From positions 76,312 to 140,311 of the forward strand of contig CAVRKE010000001.1 in assembly GCA_963722305.1 (NCBI GenBank): DNA of 64,000 bases, given 5' to 3'. Shown one piece after another: positions 46,722-56,975 of the stretch. This stretch comes from Candidatus Levyibacteriota bacterium (GTDB lineage: Bacteria > Patescibacteriota > Microgenomatia > Levybacterales > UBA12049). The first letter of the stretch is position 1. Each line of letters begins with the position of its first letter. The position numbers and the translations under genes were made by a program. A model generated the notes under the pieces. That model was not told the DNA's origin. It worked only from the letters and a program-made list of their open reading frames with translations, and made no database searches.

Positions 46722-49721
46722 ATGTTTAAATCCGTATCCCCCCAGGTAAATTTTCCAACGATTGAAAGAGATTGGCTGGAAAAATGGCAGAAAACCAAAT
46801 TACTTGAGAGATATCTTCACCGCAACGATTCGGCAAAAAAAAGATACTCATTCTTAGACGGCCCGATTACTGCCAATAACCCAATGGGTGTTCATCATGC
46901 GTGGGGAAGGACCTACAAGGACGTTTGGCAAAGGTTCTATAACATGAGGGGATTTAAGCAAAGGTTTCAAAACGGCTTTGACTGTCAGGGACTTTGGGTT
47001 GAGGTGGAAGTGGAAAAAGAACTGGGGATTAGGAATAAAAAAGACATCGAAAACTTGGTTCCCAACGATAAAAAAGCATCAATTGCCAAGTTTGTGCAGC
47101 TTTGTAAGGAGCGGGTTAAAAAATATAGCGCCATTCAGACAGAGCAGAGTCAGCGTTTGGGATATTTTATGGACTGGAATAACTCCTATTACACCATGTC
47201 TAATGAAAATAATTACATGATCTGGCATTTTTTGAAAACTTGTTTTGACAAAGGCTGGATTTATAAGGGAATTGATAATGTCCCGTGGTGTCCAAGATGT
47301 GAAACCGCAATTTCCCAGCATGAAATGCTGACCGAAGATTATAAGGAATTGACCCACGAAACGGTTTTCTTAAAACTTCCAATTCAGGATAAAGGATTTG
47401 AAGACACCTACCTTTTAATCTGGACTACTACTCCCTGGACAGTTCCGGCCAATGTGGCTGTCGGTGTAAACGTAAAGTTCACCTATCGAGTTTGGCAAAA
47501 TAAAAAAACGAATGAAAAAATCATTATTGTCGGAAAAGGCGAAAATGGCGAAGTGCCGGTAAGGTTATTAAAAGGAAAAGAGGTTACGGTTAATGAATAT
47601 GTCTTAAATGGTCTTTTGGATGAATATAAAGAAATAAAGGAGATAAGCGGGCAAGACTTGGTCGGACTAAAATACATTGGACCGTTTGATAATCTTACTT
47701 TGGTTAGTCAGAGAAAGAGCGACCATCCCGACACTTTTCATACGGTGTTGGATGCCTCGGAAATAGTGATGGCAGATGAGGGAACCGGATTGTTGCACGT
47801 TGCGCCGGGCGCAGGTAAAGAAGACTTTGATCTTGGCAAAAGAGAAAAGCTGTCTGTAATTGCACCAATCGATGATGAAGCAAATTACATTAACGGGATG
47901 GGAGATTTTAGCGGTCAGAACGCCAAAAAGCATCCGGAAATAATTATTGATTACCTTAAAGGCTTCCAAGGTGGAAAGCTGCTTCTAAAAACCATGCAAT
48001 ATACCCACCGTTATCCTGCTTGTTGGCGTTGTAAGACGGAACTTGTTTGGCGGGTAACGAACGAATGGTATATTGCGATGGACATTAAAGAAAAATCAAA
48101 TGAGAAAAATGCAAAAACCCTGAGGGAGCAAATGGAAGATACTGCCAAAATGATTCAGTGGCGGCCTGAATTTGGTTTGGAGAGGGAGCTTGATTGGCTT
48201 TCAAACATGAGTGATTGGCTAATCAGCAAGAAAAACCGTTATTGGGGATTGGCTTTACCGATTTTTGAATGTCAGTGTGGTAATTTTGAGGTCATTGGTT
48301 CGGAAGAGGAGCTAAAAGCCAAAGCGGTTGAGGGTTGGCAAGAATTTGCAGGACATTCTCCACATAAGCCGTTTGTCGACGAGGTGAAAATAAAATGCCA
48401 AAAATGCGGAAAAATAGTTCCTAGAATTAATGATGTCGGAAATGTTTGGCTAGATGCGGGAATAGTGCCATTTTCAACATACGTCGACCCGGATACTAAA
48501 AAATTGAGTTATACAACCGACAAGAAATACTGGCAAGAATGGTTTCCGGCGGATTTTATTACCGAATCTTTCCCGGGACAGTTTAAAAACTGGTTTTATT
48601 CGATGATTGCCATGTCGACGGTTTTGGAAAAAAGAAATCCGTTTAAGCTTGTTTTGGGCTACGGTTCAATGCTTGGCGAAGACGGAAGACCGATGCACAA
48701 ATCCTGGGGAAACATGATTGAATTTACGGAAGGGGCCGACAAGATTGGAGTAGATGTAATGCGCTGGATGTTTGTTACGCACAATTCCGAACTAAATTTG
48801 CTATTCGGTTATAAAAAGGCAGACGAAACAAGAAGAAAATTTCATTTGATGTTGTGGAATATTTATAATTTTTTCATAACCTATGCCCAAACCGACGGAT
48901 ACGAACAAACATCAGCCAAAAATACAAAGTCTACGAATATATTGGACAAATGGATTATTTCAAGATTAAATAAAACAATTAAGCTGACTACAGAGGGATT
49001 GGAAAAATATGATGCACAGGAAGCGTCACTGGAAATAGAAAAATTTGTTAACGACCTTTCTTTGTGGTATGTCAGAAGAAGCAGGGACAGAGTGGGGCCA
49101 TCGGCGGAAGACGAAAAGGATAAAATCAATTGCTATAACACTTTCTATTTTGTTTTAGTTTTGCTTGTCAAGATACTTGCTCCTTTTGTTCCGTTTCTTG
49201 CCGAAGAAATATATACCAATTTAACTGCTGAGGAATCGGTCCACTTGGCTGACTGGCCTCAATTTGATAAGAAGCTAATAGACGAAAAACTTGAAGAGGA
49301 AATTGTGAAGGCGAGGCAGATTGTCGAGGCAGTACATGCTTTAAGAAAGCAAGCGGAAGTAAAGGTGCGAATTCCAATCCGGGAAATGACGTATAACGGA
49401 CCAAGTAAACTTTTGGAGGAAATCGCCGACGTCGTAAAAAGCGAAGTAAATGTTTACAGTCTTAAATTTGGCGAGAAAGCGAATGATTACTCTGTCTTGG
49501 CTAAAACAAGCGACGACAATCTGGATCTTCATTTTGGTTTAGCCCGGGATATTGTCAGAAAAATTCAAGAAGAAAGAAAAAATTTGGGTACAAAACCCAA
49601 TCAAAAAGTGCGGATAACGATACCCTTCTGGCCAAAAGAACACGAAGATTATATAAAGAGAAAAGCTTTGGTAAGTTCCATTTCTGAGACAGAAAAATTC
49701 TCAGTTGTAAAAGATGATTAA
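46722..49721 (+). CDS. ileS: Isoleucine--tRNA ligase
   Basis: 'FLDGPITANNPMGVHHAWGRT...GFDCQGLWVEVEVEKELG' (IleRS-type HIGH region and GWDCHGLP-like block), 'WCPRCETAIS', KMSKS-like 'MHKSWGN'. 999 aa. Confidence 0.8.
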   Translation: MFKSVSPQVNFPTIERDWLEKWQKTKLLERYLHRNDSAKKRYSFLDGPITANNPMGVHHAWGRTYKDVWQRFYNMRGFKQRFQNGFDCQGLWVEVEVEKELGIRNKKDIENLVPNDKKASIAKFVQLCKERVKKYSAIQTEQSQRLGYFMDWNNSYYTMSNENNYMIWHFLKTCFDKGWIYKGIDNVPWCPRCETAISQHEMLTEDYKELTHETVFLKLPIQDKGFEDTYLLIWTTTPWTVPANVAVGVNVKFTYRVWQNKKTNEKIIIVGKGENGEVPVRLLKGKEVTVNEYVLNGLLDEYKEIKEISGQDLVGLKYIGPFDNLTLVSQRKSDHPDTFHTVLDASEIVMADEGTGLLHVAPGAGKEDFDLGKREKLSVIAPIDDEANYINGMGDFSGQNAKKHPEIIIDYLKGFQGGKLLLKTMQYTHRYPACWRCKTELVWRVTNEWYIAMDIKEKSNEKNAKTLREQMEDTAKMIQWRPEFGLERELDWLSNMSDWLISKKNRYWGLALPIFECQCGNFEVIGSEEELKAKAVEGWQEFAGHSPHKPFVDEVKIKCQKCGKIVPRINDVGNVWLDAGIVPFSTYVDPDTKKLSYTTDKKYWQEWFPADFITESFPGQFKNWFYSMIAMSTVLEKRNPFKLVLGYGSMLGEDGRPMHKSWGNMIEFTEGADKIGVDVMRWMFVTHNSELNLLFGYKKADETRRKFHLMLWNIYNFFITYAQTDGYEQTSAKNTKSTNILDKWIISRLNKTIKLTTEGLEKYDAQEASLEIEKFVNDLSLWYVRRSRDRVGPSAEDEKDKINCYNTFYFVLVLLVKILAPFVPFLAEEIYTNLTAEESVHLADWPQFDKKLIDEKLEEEIVKARQIVEAVHALRKQAEVKVRIPIREMTYNGPSKLLEEIADVVKSEVNVYSLKFGEKANDYSVLAKTSDDNLDLHFGLARDIVRKIQEERKNLGTKPNQKVRITIPFWPKEHEDYIKRKALVSSISETEKFSVVKDD

Positions 49722-50796
49722 GAAAGGACTCTGGGACATAGACTGGATTTTAATTTCTTCTGTAGGGGCACTGATAATAATTAGTCTCGTAACGCTTTTT
49801 TCCATAAACTTCGATTACTTTAAGAGTCAGTCTGTTTTTCTGTTTATTTCGTTTTTGGCTTTTTTGTTTTTTTCGCAAACTAATTATAAATTTTTAAGCA
49901 GTTATGCCAAACCTATTTATTTTATTTCTTTAATTCTTTTAGCTTTAGTATTTTTTGTCGGGATTGAAACAAGAGGGTCAACCAGATGGGTTGATTTTTT
50001 TAGTTTTCGTATCCAGTTTTCCGAAATCATTAAACCTTTTTTGGCAGTCAGTTTCGCTAGTTTTGTCGCTAATAAAAAAAGTTATAGTTTCCGGTCGCTA
50101 CTGGATATTTTAATTTTATTAGCTCCGGTTATTTTGCTTATTTTTTTACAACCGGATTTGGGCGATGCTTTAATTTATTTTGCGGTTGTTTTGGCAACCC
50201 TTATCTATCTTGGTTTTTCATACAAGTATTTCTTGGGTTTACTTTTGCCGATAGTGGCTTTTTTCCCGGTTGTTTGGCATTTTTTGCATGATTATCAAAA
50301 ACAAAGAGTTTTGACTTTTTTTAATCCGGCGAGGGATCCTTTAGGCACATCATATAATGTTATTCAATCGGTAATTGCAGTCGGTTCGGGAATGATTATG
50401 GGAAGGGGATTAGGACAGGGAACCCAGTCAGGGTTAAGGTTTCTGCCCGAAAGGCATACGGATTTTATCTTTGCTACTATTTCCGAACAGTTGGGTTTTA
50501 TCGGTACAATTATTATCCTGGTTTGTTTTGCCATAGTTCTCTATCGAATTTTTGTAATTTTTCTAAATACCGATGACAGTTTTCCCAAAACTTTTTCGGT
50601 AGTGGTATTTTTTGCTTTTTTAATCCAGATTTTTGTCAATATTGGAATGAACGCTGGTCTTATTCCAATTGTCGGTGTGACCTTACCTTTTGTTTCTTAT
50701 GGGGGAAGTTCACTTTTAGCAAATTTTATCTTTTTAGGGCTTTTGGCCTCCATAAATAAATCTACTAAAGATAATGATGTTCTAGAAATTAAGTGA
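49714..50796 (+). CDS. rodA: SEDS-family peptidoglycan glycosyltransferase (RodA-like second copy)
   Basis: FtsW/RodA family motifs 'FSEIIKPF', 'TDFIFATISEQLGFIG'. Outside the dcw cluster. Confidence 0.7.
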   Translation: MIKKGLWDIDWILISSVGALIIISLVTLFSINFDYFKSQSVFLFISFLAFLFFSQTNYKFLSSYAKPIYFISLILLALVFFVGIETRGSTRWVDFFSFRIQFSEIIKPFLAVSFASFVANKKSYSFRSLLDILILLAPVILLIFLQPDLGDALIYFAVVLATLIYLGFSYKYFLGLLLPIVAFFPVVWHFLHDYQKQRVLTFFNPARDPLGTSYNVIQSVIAVGSGMIMGRGLGQGTQSGLRFLPERHTDFIFATISEQLGFIGTIIILVCFAIVLYRIFVIFLNTDDSFPKTFSVVVFFAFLIQIFVNIGMNAGLIPIVGVTLPFVSYGGSSLLANFIFLGLLASINKSTKDNDVLEIK

Positions 50797-50819
50797 TTAT
50801 TTTGTTATAATTGGTTTTT

Positions 50820-51131
50820 ATGAAGTTTGCAATTATCAAATCGGGAGGAAAACAATATAAAGTTTCAGAGGGCGATGTCATCGAAATAGACAAGCTTTCT
50901 GATAAAGACGGAAAAGTAATTTTTGAACAAGTGCTAATGTTAGTAACAGATGACGGTGTTAAAATCGGCAAGCCGACGGTAAGTGGCGGAAAAGTATGGG
51001 GCAAGCTTTTAGAAAATGTGCGGGGGAATAAAATCAGGGTTTCCAAATTCAAATCAAAAGTCAGATACAGAAGGGTAACCGGTTTTAGAGCAGAGCTTTC
51101 CAGAGTTCAGATTGAAAAAATTGACAGCTAA
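50820..51131 (+). CDS. rplU: 50S ribosomal protein L21
   Basis: 'MKFAIIKSGGKQYKVSEGDVIEIDKL'. The track ORF begins 3 codons earlier (50811). Confidence 0.9.
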   Translation: MKFAIIKSGGKQYKVSEGDVIEIDKLSDKDGKVIFEQVLMLVTDDGVKIGKPTVSGGKVWGKLLENVRGNKIRVSKFKSKVRYRRVTGFRAELSRVQIEKIDS

Positions 51132-51238
51132 ATGAAGAAACTGCTGCGAAGAAAGCCTAAATGACCTTTTTTGATATCTTGACATTTTGTGAAAAGTCAA
51201 GATAGAATAAAGCCAGTTTTCATGAGCTTACTTTAAAT

Positions 51239-51490
51239 ATGGCACATACCAAAGCACAAGGAGCAGTAAAGGGAAATCGGGATTCCAGGGCAAAGCGTTT
51301 AGGCGTAAAGATTTACGGTGGACAGAAAGTTATAGCCGGTAATATTATTGTCCGACAAAAGGGGACGCAAGTTCATCCGGGCAAAGGCGTTTCCATGGGT
51401 AAAGATTTTACTTTGTTCTCGTTAGTCGACGGCACGGTTACTTTTAAAACTTTAAAGGGCAGAAAATTTGTCGAAGTTTTAAGCATCTAG
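51239..51490 (+). CDS. rpmA: 50S ribosomal protein L27
   Basis: '[31 protein letters not shown]...[18 protein letters not shown]'. Confidence 0.9.
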   Translation: MAHTKAQGAVKGNRDSRAKRLGVKIYGGQKVIAGNIIVRQKGTQVHPGKGVSMGKDFTLFSLVDGTVTFKTLKGRKFVEVLSI

Positions 51491-51493
51491 TTT

Positions 51494-52324
51494 TTGTTAA
51501 AATTTATGGATCAGGATAGAATATTTGAGTTGGAAATAAATCTTTTACAGGCTAACCCTCTTCAGCCAAGAGGCATTATTTCTCCGGATTCGCTGCAGGA
51601 ATTAGTTGATTCAATCAGGGAACAGGGAATCCTCGAACCGATTGTCGTGGCCAGAACTCCGGCCGGATATCAAATAATTGCCGGAGAAAGACGATGGCGG
51701 GCAGCAAAAATACTCGGACTTGAAAAAGTACCGGTAATTATTAAGGAGACGACCCCCCAGGGAATGCTGGAAATGTCAATTGTGGAAAATGTGCAAAGAG
51801 AGGACTTAAATCCGATTGAAAGAGCCCAGGCTTATAAAAGATTAATTGATGAATTCGGTTTAGGAACAAATGAAGTTGCCCGACGAGTTGGGAAAAGCGC
51901 TCCGACAGTTTCTAACACAATCAGGCTTTTATCTTTGCCGGATGCAATTAAAGATGCCTTGGTTGCCGGTGTCATCACCGAGGGACATGTTCGGCCGTTA
52001 ATTTCTCTGGGTGATCCAAAATTAATGTTGGATTTATTTAAAAAGATTCTCAAGGAAAGTAGCACTGTTAGACAAACTGAAGAAATGGCAAGGCAGGCCA
52101 AGGGAGAGATACAAAAAAAGGAGACCAGGGTTACAACTCATAAACTGTGGGTTCCGGAGTTAGACGAAATGGCCAAAAAACTTGAAGAGATTAGAGGCTT
52201 TAATAAGGCGACAATTTTTCAGACAAGGTCGCAGGCAAAAATAGTTTTAATTCTTAAAGGAGATGTCGAAGTAACCGGACCAAAAATTAAAGAAGTGTTC
52301 GAGCTTCTGAATAAAGCAGCTTGA
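51494..52324 (+). CDS. parB: Chromosome partitioning protein ParB/Spo0J
   Basis: 'LQPRGIISPDSLQELVDSIREQGILEPIVV' and 'IIAGERRWRAAKILGLEKVPVIIKE' ParB boxes. HTH 'NEVARRVGKSAPTVSNTIRLL'. Confidence 0.85.
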   Translation: MLKFMDQDRIFELEINLLQANPLQPRGIISPDSLQELVDSIREQGILEPIVVARTPAGYQIIAGERRWRAAKILGLEKVPVIIKETTPQGMLEMSIVENVQREDLNPIERAQAYKRLIDEFGLGTNEVARRVGKSAPTVSNTIRLLSLPDAIKDALVAGVITEGHVRPLISLGDPKLMLDLFKKILKESSTVRQTEEMARQAKGEIQKKETRVTTHKLWVPELDEMAKKLEEIRGFNKATIFQTRSQAKIVLILKGDVEVTGPKIKEVFELLNKAA

Positions 52325-52335
52325 TTACTGAGTCT

Positions 52336-52896
52336 TCAGTAGGGATTTTTTACTAACCTCATCCGGGTGACAGGCCAATAAACAAACAATGACTCTCCGA
52401 CAACTTCATCTTTTTTTACAAAACCCCATTCTCTTGAGTCGGAACTATATGGTCGGTTATCTCCCATCACAAAGTATTCATCCGCCGGGACTTTAAGCGA
52501 ATCACCATCTTTGAGGAAATCGCTTCCGGTAGTCTTCACGTCTGAATTTAAGTATGCGCTCTCATCAAGCAATTTGCCGTTTAGATAGACTGAACCGTCT
52601 TTTAATAAAACCGTATCGCCAGGAACACCAATCACTCTTTTAATGTAGTCTTTGCTTGGGTCAGGCGGTGCCTTAAAAACGATTACGTCCCCAAGCTTTG
52701 GGGATTGAAAACGAAGGATAATTAAATTGGTAATCACATATTCCTGATCGTGGAAATTGGGATACATTGAATCGCCTTTGACTTCAAACGGACGAAACAA
52801 AAAAGCATAGATTACCAAAAATACCGCGGCCGCAATTAGAAAAGTTTGGACAGAATCGACTAGAAAAGCATAGATTTTTCTGACCAGTGGCATCAT
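52336..52896 (-). CDS. lepB: Signal peptidase I
   Basis: 'VKGDSMYPNF' (Ser box), 'GDVIVFKAP', 'GDNRPYSSDSREWG' S26 motifs. N-terminal TM. Confidence 0.85.
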   Translation of the reverse strand: MMPLVRKIYAFLVDSVQTFLIAAAVFLVIYAFLFRPFEVKGDSMYPNFHDQEYVITNLIILRFQSPKLGDVIVFKAPPDPSKDYIKRVIGVPGDTVLLKDGSVYLNGKLLDESAYLNSDVKTTGSDFLKDGDSLKVPADEYFVMGDNRPYSSDSREWGFVKKDEVVGESLFVYWPVTRMRLVKNPY

Positions 52897-53019
52897 TAAT
52901 CAATTTTCCCAAAGTTACCCTGCTTTGTCAATGAGGGTAATTTATGCTAGTATATTTGTGGTTTGGACTTGTAGCCCGAGGGTGACAGGGGAGCAGCAAT
53001 GGTTGTGCACTGCATTTAA

Positions 53020-53091
53020 GCGCGCATAGCTCAGTGGTAGAGCGCTTCGTTCACATCGAAGAGGTCCATGGTTCGAATCCATGTGCGCGCA
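53020..53091 (+). tRNA. tRNA-Val (anticodon CAC)
   Basis: Hand-folded cloverleaf. Acceptor GCGCGCA/TGCGCGC, D-arm GCTC-AGTGGTA-GAGC, anticodon arm CTTCG-TTCACAT-CGAAG, 5-nt variable loop, T-arm CATGG-TTCGAAT-CCATG, discriminator A. CCA not encoded. Upstream TTGTCA-17-TAGTAT promoter at about 52925-52953. Confidence 0.85.
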
Positions 53092-53177
53092 CATTTATAA
53101 ATGTAAAAAGGTGAAAAATCCGCAGTTTTGTAAAGTGACGTCCAGCGTCAGGAGGACTCTTAGGTCCACAAGTGGTT

Positions 53178-55082
53178 CTAGAGGTTATTGATTAAATCAT
53201 CAATATCTTCTAAAATAACCGGATAAGCTTTTTGATCAAATCCTTTTCCGTCATAGAAACGTAGCGTATCTTTAAAAATCCCAAGTTCATTTTTAGCCAT
53301 AAGCATTAATTTTTTGTGATATTGGTCTTCAGTTTTATCAATAGATAAAATCAACACTTTATAAACCTGGTCATTTATTAGGTGGACAAATTTAAAAAAG
53401 TTAAGGTCATTTATCAAATACTCAAAGGTAATAACTTTGTTCACTTTGGATTCGTCGGCCTTTTGGCTATCGAAATTGATGTTGATGGCCCAAATTTTAT
53501 TGACATCGGAAACAAGGTGAATGTTTTTAACGTTAACATTTCCGTTACTATCATATAAATAAATCTTAACAACGTACAAATCTTGTTTGTTAGAGGTTAT
53601 TTTAAGTTTATAATTACCGGTTTTCGGTTTTTGTAAGTAAGCAATTTTAAGGGGAATACCGCCCGAGTTACCAGTTTCTGGATTTATCAAAGATTGCTGG
53701 TAAAATTGCTCTCCGACATTGTTTCCATGAGGATCTTCGAACTGAAAATTTAAGCTTTCATTTCCAGTCACCATGATGTAAGAGAGATTGGTTTGCGACG
53801 GAGTTAATTCATTAATTGAAATAAAAGTATTGCCGTAGGCGGTTAAGTTGTTCCTATTGACATAGTAAGGATCAATAATGGTGAAAGTATTGCCGTTGAT
53901 TCCATTGGCCACAATATAATGCCCAGGTTCTTCTAAAACAACCGGAATACCATTGTTTATTTGATTTGCTAAGACTAAACTATTAGAAGTTGCAATTCGT
54001 GAATATTCCAGAGCATCAAAGCTGGTAATTTTGTTTATTTTTGCAGCCTTTTTTGATAAGCTTGAAATTGCCAACGGATTAACGTAGCCACTATTTTTCC
54101 CGTCAATATAACCATAGTTGTTTTCAAGCCAAGTATTTAAAGTACCGGGGTTCAGGATATTTCCATCGGGAAGCTTATTTATGCCAAAATAATTAAGAAC
54201 CATTGCATAGGAAGTTAGGCTACATCCCCAATTTTTGATTGTTTTAGCAAGAGGGCTCCAAAAATTGGCTCCGTCATAAGTTTCCGTGCTCCAGAGTTTA
54301 TCGGTTTGTCGTAAAACAGGCACATTAAGATTAACCTGAGTCGGAGATGGCGTTGGAGTGGGGGTAACTGTTGGAATAGGGGTAGCTGTTGGGATGGAGG
54401 TTGGGGTAGGGGTCGGTGTCGAGGTTGGAGTCTCGTCTAAACTAGTTACTACTATATTGTCAAACCAAGCTTCGGTAGGATAAGCACCACCGGTGCTTAT
54501 TCGCATACCTATTTTTTCAGTACCTGTAAATTGATATGTAGCATCTACACAGTCAAATATTTTGGTACCATTAAGGATGAACTGGATATGTTGATTTAGT
54601 AAAATTATATTGATTCTATTAATTTGGTTATCTAGCATAGATGTTGCGGATTGCGTGTTAATTAATTGACCATTACAAACGGTTACGAAATTTGAATTTC
54701 CCTGAAAGTGTAATTCATATAAATTTGTGTTATTTACCCATCTAAAATCCAAATTTCTGTCAACTGTTTGAGTGTTGGTGTTGACAACTGGTAAATAATC
54801 AAAATCAATCTTATAATTAGGCGTATTAATATCTGGTCCGCCAACAGTGTCAATTATAGTAGAAGGGGATTCGATGCGCGCCCCATACATGTTATTTCCA
54901 TTAATGTTTTTTATTTGCCATAGTGAAGCGCCGCTTATCGGAGTCCAATTGCCTGCTCCATGTTCGAAGTCATCCTGAAAAATGATATTTGAGGCAAAAA
55001 CATTATTAAAAGTAGGAACAATGGCTAAAAATAGCGTAATTGTTCCTACTAAAAAAATCCTTAGGGCAATCGGATTCTTCAT
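53178..55082 (-). CDS. Secreted multidomain protein: N-terminal jelly-roll/lectin-like domain, Thr/Pro-rich linker, C-terminal papain-fold C39-like domain (putative)
   Basis: Signal peptide 'IALRIFLVGTITLFLAIVPTFNNVFA'. Linker 'TPTSTPTPTPTSIPTATPIPTVTPTPTPSPT'. The C-terminal region has 'NWGCSLTSYAMVLNYFG', resembling Peptidase_C39-like catalytic Cys context. Confidence 0.45.
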   Translation of the reverse strand: MKNPIALRIFLVGTITLFLAIVPTFNNVFASNIIFQDDFEHGAGNWTPISGASLWQIKNINGNNMYGARIESPSTIIDTVGGPDINTPNYKIDFDYLPVVNTNTQTVDRNLDFRWVNNTNLYELHFQGNSNFVTVCNGQLINTQSATSMLDNQINRINIILLNQHIQFILNGTKIFDCVDATYQFTGTEKIGMRISTGGAYPTEAWFDNIVVTSLDETPTSTPTPTPTSIPTATPIPTVTPTPTPSPTQVNLNVPVLRQTDKLWSTETYDGANFWSPLAKTIKNWGCSLTSYAMVLNYFGINKLPDGNILNPGTLNTWLENNYGYIDGKNSGYVNPLAISSLSKKAAKINKITSFDALEYSRIATSNSLVLANQINNGIPVVLEEPGHYIVANGINGNTFTIIDPYYVNRNNLTAYGNTFISINELTPSQTNLSYIMVTGNESLNFQFEDPHGNNVGEQFYQQSLINPETGNSGGIPLKIAYLQKPKTGNYKLKITSNKQDLYVVKIYLYDSNGNVNVKNIHLVSDVNKIWAININFDSQKADESKVNKVITFEYLINDLNFFKFVHLINDQVYKVLILSIDKTEDQYHKKLMLMAKNELGIFKDTLRFYDGKGFDQKAYPVILEDIDDLINNL

Positions 55083-55145
55083 GTTTTATTATTTATACTT
55101 TTATTTTTGTTTGTCAAGAGGGAAAAATGATGTTAAAATCATGAA

Positions 55146-55898
55146 ATGCTTAAGATGAATAAAAAAGAGAGAGAATATAATTTATTTCATAACAATACTA
55201 CTGTACAGTCAAAGATAATATCAAAAAATAATTTCACATACAGAAATCTAATAGGTTTTATCGAAAAATATCTAAAAAACACTGAACAAAATGTTGTTGA
55301 CATTGGATGTGGGGCTGGAACTGTCTGTTTTTATATAGCACAAAAAGGAAATAAAATTTTAGGAATAGATATTTCTTCCAAAGCAATTGAATTATGTCAT
55401 AAGAGTTCAATAACTCTAGGGTTAGATAAAAATACCAAGTTTAAAGTAGTTAATTTCCCTGAAGAAACTGTTAAAGGAAAATTTGATTTAATAATTTTTT
55501 CAGAAGTGATTGAGCATCTCAGTAATGACAAGTTGGCATTAAAAAGAATTTGTAAATTATTAAACGTTGGCGGAATTGTTATTATTACGACGCCATCATT
55601 AAATGCGCCACTTTACAAATTAGGTTACGCAAAGGATTTTGATAAAAGGGTTGGGCATTTAAGAAGATATACAATTGAAGGATTGTCTAAAAAATGTAAT
55701 GAGAGTGGCTTGAATATCATTGAAGCAAAAAAAATTGAAGGCATTTTTAGAAATTTTCTTTATATTAACCCCAATGCAGGAAAAACAATAAGATTTATTA
55801 AATTTTTTATGTCAGATATTGTTACGTTTATTGACAATATTAGCATTGTGCTTTTCGGTGAGTCAAATATAGTTGTTGTTGCACAAAGAACCAAATAA
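55146..55898 (+). CDS. Class I SAM-dependent methyltransferase
   Basis: Motif I 'VVDIGCGAGTV'. Motif post-I 'ILGIDIS'. Confidence 0.7.
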   Translation: MLKMNKKEREYNLFHNNTTVQSKIISKNNFTYRNLIGFIEKYLKNTEQNVVDIGCGAGTVCFYIAQKGNKILGIDISSKAIELCHKSSITLGLDKNTKFKVVNFPEETVKGKFDLIIFSEVIEHLSNDKLALKRICKLLNVGGIVIITTPSLNAPLYKLGYAKDFDKRVGHLRRYTIEGLSKKCNESGLNIIEAKKIEGIFRNFLYINPNAGKTIRFIKFFMSDIVTFIDNISIVLFGESNIVVVAQRTK

Positions 55899-55901
55899 AT
55901 T

Positions 55902-56975
55902 ATGACGATTCTGTTTTTGGCTAGAAGGTTTTATCCGGAAATTGGGGGAGTAGAGAAGCACGTTTTGGAAATTGGTAAGAGATTGGTTAAGCAAGGTCAT
56001 CAAGTAGTGGTGATTACCGAAAATCTTCAAAAAACCCATAGTGGCGGTAAGCGTTCAAGTTCTTCGAGTGCTAAACTGACGGGGAAGGTTAACGGAATTG
56101 AAATTTTTAGTATTGACGTGGGAAAAGCGAACTGGTTTAAGAAATTCAGGGTCTGGCGCGAGCTTTGGAGGTTAAGAGGTATAATCAAAGAGGCCGATAT
56201 AGTTCATTGCCATGACGTGTTTTTCTGGTACCTTCCTTTTCGTTTTTTGCATCCTTTAAAAAGTGTTTATACAACCTTTCATGGTTATGAGGGCGATGCG
56301 CTACCAACCAAAAAAGCCATTTATATGCATAAACTGGCGGAAAAGTTATCGAAAGGAAATATTTGTGTCGGAGATTTTCTTAAAAAATGGTATAGGACAA
56401 AACCAACCCTGGTTATTTACGGAGCGGTAGAGCAAAAATTAATCAAGATTGGCGCAAAGCCAATCAGGTCGGAAAAAGATGTTATGTTTTTGGGTAGACT
56501 GGAAGAGGAAACGGGAATAATGGAGTATTTAAAAGCAATTAAAGTTTTGAAGGAGAATAATATTAATTTAAAGCTGGATGTTTTTGGTGATGGAAGCTTA
56601 AAAAAGGTTGCTGAAGAATTTGTCAGAGAAAATAAATTGCAAGTTTCCTTTAAAGGGTTCGTTGCCAACGCCACTGATTTTATTAAAGATTACAAATACG
56701 TCTTTGTTTCCAGATATTTGGGTATTTTAGAGGCAATGGCGGTTAAAAAACCAATTCTTGCTCAATATAATAACGCTATAAAAAAAGACTATTTGAGAAT
56801 GGCACCTTTTGCAAAGTTTATTTTAATTGCGAAGGATAGAGAAGAAATCGCCTGGAATTTTCAAAGTCTTTTGAAGAATAAATTAGAGCAAAATACAAAT
56901 AAGGCTTACGACTGGGTGAAGGATAAAACGTGGGAAAGACTAGTTGATTCGTATTTAAGACTTTGGGGGATTTAG
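55902..56975 (+). CDS. Glycosyltransferase family 4
   Basis: 'ILFLARRFYPEIGGVEKHVLEIGKRLVKQGHQVVVIT' GT4 N-terminus. C-terminal 'FVSRYLGILEAMAVKKPILA'. Confidence 0.75.
   Translation: MTILFLARRFYPEIGGVEKHVLEIGKRLVKQGHQVVVITENLQKTHSGGKRSSSSSAKLTGKVNGIEIFSIDVGKANWFKKFRVWRELWRLRGIIKEADIVHCHDVFFWYLPFRFLHPLKSVYTTFHGYEGDALPTKKAIYMHKLAEKLSKGNICVGDFLKKWYRTKPTLVIYGAVEQKLIKIGAKPIRSEKDVMFLGRLEEETGIMEYLKAIKVLKENNINLKLDVFGDGSLKKVAEEFVRENKLQVSFKGFVANATDFIKDYKYVFVSRYLGILEAMAVKKPILAQYNNAIKKDYLRMAPFAKFILIAKDREEIAWNFQSLLKNKLEQNTNKAYDWVKDKTWERLVDSYLRLWGI

Noticed and set aside
52925-53019. Possible second tRNA or ncRNA just upstream of tRNA-Val
   Set aside because: No cloverleaf could be folded. The segment contains a TTGTCA-17-TAGTAT promoter-like pair instead, probably the tRNA promoter.
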